64,000 nt of DNA from Patescibacteria group bacterium (lineage in GTDB: Bacteria > Patescibacteriota > Microgenomatia > PFEM01 > JAHIFH01): the NCBI GenBank assembly GCA_035529375.1, contig DATKWU010000009.1, forward strand, positions 157,848 through 221,847, read 5' to 3'. Of the stretch, positions 60,668 through 64,000 are shown piece after piece; positions within the stretch are counted from its first letter, which is position 1, and every line of letters begins with the position of its first letter. Below the pieces are notes generated by a model. The model ran no database searches. It was not told the origin of the DNA and worked only from the letters and a program-made list of their open reading frames with translations. A program made the position numbers and the translations under genes.

Positions 60668-63036
60668 TGAATTTCTGTGATTATTTCAATTCGTTTGGCG
60701 ATTCTGGGAAAAGTACCCAGTCGGCCAGGTAATTTAGGCGTAATTTCGACTTCAAATCCGGCTACTTTAGAAAGATTGTTCAAATAAGATTCACCTATTA
60801 GCAAATACTTACCAGCTAGATTTTCCCTTATTTGTTCTAAATCTTGCTGGGGAATTAGCCTGGCCTTAAGGTGAGCTTCTACGATTGCCTTGCCTTCTTC
60901 ATCGATTTCGCCTAAATCAAAAGAAAATTCGGTTTCTTCAGGCAAATATTCAAAACCCTCGGTAACGGATTCTAAAACACTATCTTCGACTAATTCCTGA
61001 AGTTCTTTCTCAGTGTAAATAAGGGCTTTTGCTTGAACTTTTAAGGATAATTCCAAATTGTCAATTTCCTCACCTACATCATGACTGTAATCACTGCTAA
61101 CTACCTTGGTAGAAATTGATTCTTCGACTAATTTATCTTCTGGTGAAAGCTGAGAAATTAATTTTTCCCTCGCCTCTTTTTCTAACTTGGCTTCCAAATC
61201 AGCTAGGAGAACTTCCTGGTCTTCTTTGGAAACAGCCTGAATTTGACGACTCATACCGCCACTAAAAGCTGATTCATTTTTGGCGACATAATCCGATTTA
61301 GCATAATTAGCGATTGTGAATTCCGTTCCTGAGGCTAAATTAGCCTCAGTTCCAATCTCTACCGCCGTCACCTTAACCACGGCTTTACCTGGTGGATCAG
61401 CGGCACTACTCTGAGAAGCAACAGTGACATCATCATCTAAAGTAAACTCTAAATCGGCCGTACTACTAATGACTGTGTTGGCATCGAATTTCTTCTCATT
61501 AGAAGTTCCATTATAAATAGTCACCTCTCCCTTGGCTGGGTCGCCAATATCTTTAGTTCCAGTCGTCGTTCGACTCTCGGTCCCTTCAACCTCCTCACCA
61601 ACTTGCTGGGCAGGCAAAATAAAATTCTCTTTGTCTGGAGAACCAATCGTTGGATCTAATTCAACCGTAAAGTCTTTTTCTAAAATTTCTGGTTCTAAAT
61701 AGAGAGTTATTTTGGCTTGGGGTAAATACCAATAGCCGGCAAAGGCACTTCCAGCCAGAATAAGGAAAAGAGCAAGAACAATAATTAGGATTGGCGAGCC
61801 CCGAAAAGAGGCAGGCATCAGCTCTTTAAAGAAAGCTAAATTAAACTTCTTCAATCCCGAAAAACCACCGAGAAAAGAAGTTATCTTAGAAAAAAAGTCT
61901 GCTCTGGCAAAAACAGGCTGTTTTGTCTTCATCTCTGGCTCTCCCATAAGAGATGGTTTTTCAACTGACTCTAATTCTTCTGGTTTTTCTAATACCTCTG
62001 GTTCCTCTAATGACTCTTCTAGTGGAGATGGTGGTGACTCCATAGCGATATCACCACCTTTAACAAAACCTAAATCCTCAGCCGGAATAAAACCTGGTTT
62101 TTCAATTCCTTCCTTAGCTTCTTCTTCAACTGCCTCTGTTTCTTTTTCCTCTTTAACTCCCTCTTCGGCTTCTGCTTCTTTCTTTTTCTCTTCTTCTCCT
62201 GGTTCCTCTTCAAGCACAAAACCAGCCGCTTTGACCACTTCTTTACCACCTGCTAAAGCAATTGCCTGAATATCAAAATCAAGAGGGAGAATCTCAACCT
62301 TAGGTAGATGAAGAAATTCAACTCCTTCTTTCTTTTTCTCCAGCCAGGGATAAGTAGTTAATTGTTGTCTCGCTTCTTCTAGATTTTCCTCGCCATTATA
62401 GATTAAAATTCGGGCAGGCAACGGTTCGTGAGTTTCAAATCGAGACAGACCTTCAATTAAATCATCAGCTAAATTATCGCTTTTATCAACTAGCTGGGGG
62501 CCAAAAATTCTGCCAATTCTCACTAAACCAATATCCACTTTCTTAAGACCAAGGTGAACCAAAACGGCTGTCGGCGGAATACCTTCAGTGGTTTTTAAAT
62601 GATGAATAATTGCCTCAATAATCACCACAAAACCAGCTGGTTTAAGATCAAGCTTCTCGGAAACTTTCTTAAGAAGTTTTAATTTATCTTCAACAATCTT
62701 TTCCCCATCAACCCAACTAAAAGGCAAACCAAAAACAACCTTATCTGGTTCCTGAACTTCTCCTTCTACTGGTAATTTCTCAGCTGCCGAAGATAAACTA
62801 GCGTCAATAGCCTCAATCAATTCCTCTTCAGCCTGCCACCTCTCGGTATTACCCAGAGAAAGAACTTTAATCTGATTATCGACAATCGAGAAGACGGCAC
62901 TTTTGACAAATTCTAAGCCGATCTCTAAAGCAAAATAATATTCAGAAGGTTGGCCTTCTTTTTGACGAATCTTACTTAAAATAGTTTTAACTTCCATGGG
63001 CAAGTTGAATGTATATTCGGCGCCGACCGGCACCAA
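60664..63036 (-). CDS. Large membrane protein with an FtsA/PilM-like actin-fold N-region, a Glu/Lys-rich linker, one TM helix and a large extracellular domain
   Basis: The N-terminus YFALEIGLEFVKSAVFSI...KVLSLG resembles an FtsA/PilM phosphate-1 loop. The EEPGEEEKKKEAEAEEG linker precedes the TM helix ILIIVLALFLILAGSAFAGYWYL, and no LPxTG motif is present. Confidence 0.45.
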   Translation of the reverse strand: MVPVGAEYTFNLPMEVKTILSKIRQKEGQPSEYYFALEIGLEFVKSAVFSIVDNQIKVLSLGNTERWQAEEELIEAIDASLSSAAEKLPVEGEVQEPDKVVFGLPFSWVDGEKIVEDKLKLLKKVSEKLDLKPAGFVVIIEAIIHHLKTTEGIPPTAVLVHLGLKKVDIGLVRIGRIFGPQLVDKSDNLADDLIEGLSRFETHEPLPARILIYNGEENLEEARQQLTTYPWLEKKKEGVEFLHLPKVEILPLDFDIQAIALAGGKEVVKAAGFVLEEEPGEEEKKKEAEAEEGVKEEKETEAVEEEAKEGIEKPGFIPAEDLGFVKGGDIAMESPPSPLEESLEEPEVLEKPEELESVEKPSLMGEPEMKTKQPVFARADFFSKITSFLGGFSGLKKFNLAFFKELMPASFRGSPILIIVLALFLILAGSAFAGYWYLPQAKITLYLEPEILEKDFTVELDPTIGSPDKENFILPAQQVGEEVEGTESRTTTGTKDIGDPAKGEVTIYNGTSNEKKFDANTVISSTADLEFTLDDDVTVASQSSAADPPGKAVVKVTAVEIGTEANLASGTEFTIANYAKSDYVAKNESAFSGGMSRQIQAVSKEDQEVLLADLEAKLEKEAREKLISQLSPEDKLVEESISTKVVSSDYSHDVGEEIDNLELSLKVQAKALIYTEKELQELVEDSVLESVTEGFEYLPEETEFSFDLGEIDEEGKAIVEAHLKARLIPQQDLEQIRENLAGKYLLIGESYLNNLSKVAGFEVEITPKLPGRLGTFPRIAKRIEIITEIQ

Positions 63037-64000
63037 CTGCTTTCTCCTTTATTATCTTAACACGACCAATCTCTCTCGTCGACTTGACATGAGGACCACC
63101 GCAAACCTCTTGGGAATAATTTCCAATCGAATAAACTTTAACTTGATCGCCATACTTCTCACCAAAAAAAGCTAAAGCCTCTTTTTTCTTGGCTTCTTCT
63201 AAAGAGATTGTCTCTGCCTTAACTGGTAAATTAGCTTTAATTTTGGCATTAATAATTGCTTCAACTTTCTTTATTTGTTCATCAGTTAGTTTTTCTGGAT
63301 GACTAAAATCAAAACGCAATCTTTCCGGAGTAATATTACTGCCTACTTGCTGAACATGTTTACCAAGAACATCTCGAAGGGCCTGATGAAGTAAGTGAGT
63401 AACGGTGTGGTATTTGGTAACAGTTTCTGAATGATCAACTAACCCACCAGCAAATTTCTTTTCTGCGCTTATTTTTGAAACTTCTTGATGCTTTTTTTGA
63501 AGTTCTTGAAAAGACGCATTAGATTTATTTTCGTCGAAAGGACGAATATATTTTTTAAGTATATTTGTAGTACCTTCAATTGGCCTGCCAAATACACTCT
63601 TTTGAGTAAAAACTATAGTACCAGCTACTCCTGAAGGTGAAGAAACATAAGGCAAAAAAGAATCATAATCTTTTTTATTCTTAATCAATCCCTTTAATTT
63701 AGGCAAAACCTCTGCCTTAAAAACCTCTGCCGGTTTATCCCCTTTTTTCAATCTTTTAGCTGGATTTTCTATTTTTTTTCTTTCTGAAGGTTTTTCTAAG
63801 TCTTTATCTTTTTCAATAAGCTTTTCTACTTTTTCTTTATACTCTTTTTCAATTTTTTTCTTTTTATCTTTAAGATATTCATACTCCTCTTGATAATTAT
63901 TTATTACTGTTTTTACTATTTCGACTGTGAATTCGTCCTCAATACCTAATTTTTTTCCTTCGAACCTCGCATCCTTAATCAAGAGATGGATAATATTGCC
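62987..64000 (-). CDS. alaS: Alanine--tRNA ligase C-terminal editing region (or AlaX-like), 5'-truncated at the window edge
   Basis: Editing-domain motifs HTVTHLLHQAL...LRFDF.H and CGGPHV...GAGRRRIY. The ORF runs off the window end. Confidence 0.55.
   Translation of the reverse strand, partial: GNIIHLLIKDARFEGKKLGIEDEFTVEIVKTVINNYQEEYEYLKDKKKKIEKEYKEKVEKLIEKDKDLEKPSERKKIENPAKRLKKGDKPAEVFKAEVLPKLKGLIKNKKDYDSFLPYVSSPSGVAGTIVFTQKSVFGRPIEGTTNILKKYIRPFDENKSNASFQELQKKHQEVSKISAEKKFAGGLVDHSETVTKYHTVTHLLHQALRDVLGKHVQQVGSNITPERLRFDFSHPEKLTDEQIKKVEAIINAKIKANLPVKAETISLEEAKKKEALAFFGEKYGDQVKVYSIGNYSQEVCGGPHVKSTREIGRVKIIKEKAVGAGRRRIYIQLAHGS

Overview
This is a low-GC, gene-dense bacterial window in which almost every gene lies on the minus strand. 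It resembles a Candidate Phyla Radiation / Patescibacteria-type genome: L30 is absent, many ribosomal proteins carry Lys- or acid-rich extensions, and a sortase, MltG and short overlapping genes are present. This is an inference, not a verified placement.

The backbone is a ribosomal super-operon reading high to low coordinates on the minus strand: rpoB, rpoC, rpsL, rpsG, then a sulfotransferase-like gene and a hypothetical gene, then fusA, tuf, rpsJ. A roughly 10.5 kb accessory block follows, and then rplC through rplQ, rplM and rpsI, with secY, adk, map, infA, rpmJ and rpoA in their usual places.

Upstream of this are recA-recX, RNase Y, HU, an ABC-2 exporter, miaA/miaB-like genes and uppP. 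I also found an RNase P RNA gene and a tRNA-Pro(GGG), which the ORF track cannot see, and an AlkD-like DNA repair gene broken by a frameshift in a T7 run.

The most unusual region is 34868..45347, inserted between rpsJ and rplC. It contains:
- a SAM methyltransferase, a DEAD-box helicase with an arginine-rich N-terminal leader, and an upstream arginine-rich zinc-ribbon gene carrying an exact 69-bp internal duplication;
- a cassette of secreted hydrolases (S9-type alpha/beta hydrolase, MurNAc-L-Ala amidase, a Q-rich coiled-coil protein, a snapalysin-like metzincin) plus a small GC-rich Cys-containing signal-peptide peptide, all sharing an unusual AAAGGGGGTGA ribosome-binding motif;
- a block of leaderless genes (2H phosphoesterase, C2HC zinc-finger protein, small membrane proteins, HAD-like protein) that share extended -10 boxes abutting the ATG and a recurring upstream motif.

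A DUF5320 - DUF134 - thioredoxin::CcdA fusion - YibE/F operon sits behind a near-consensus sigma-70 promoter immediately downstream of rpsI.

I could not run any search or folding tool. All calls rest on recognisable motifs and reading the sequence, and coordinates for RNAs and motifs are approximate to a few nucleotides.
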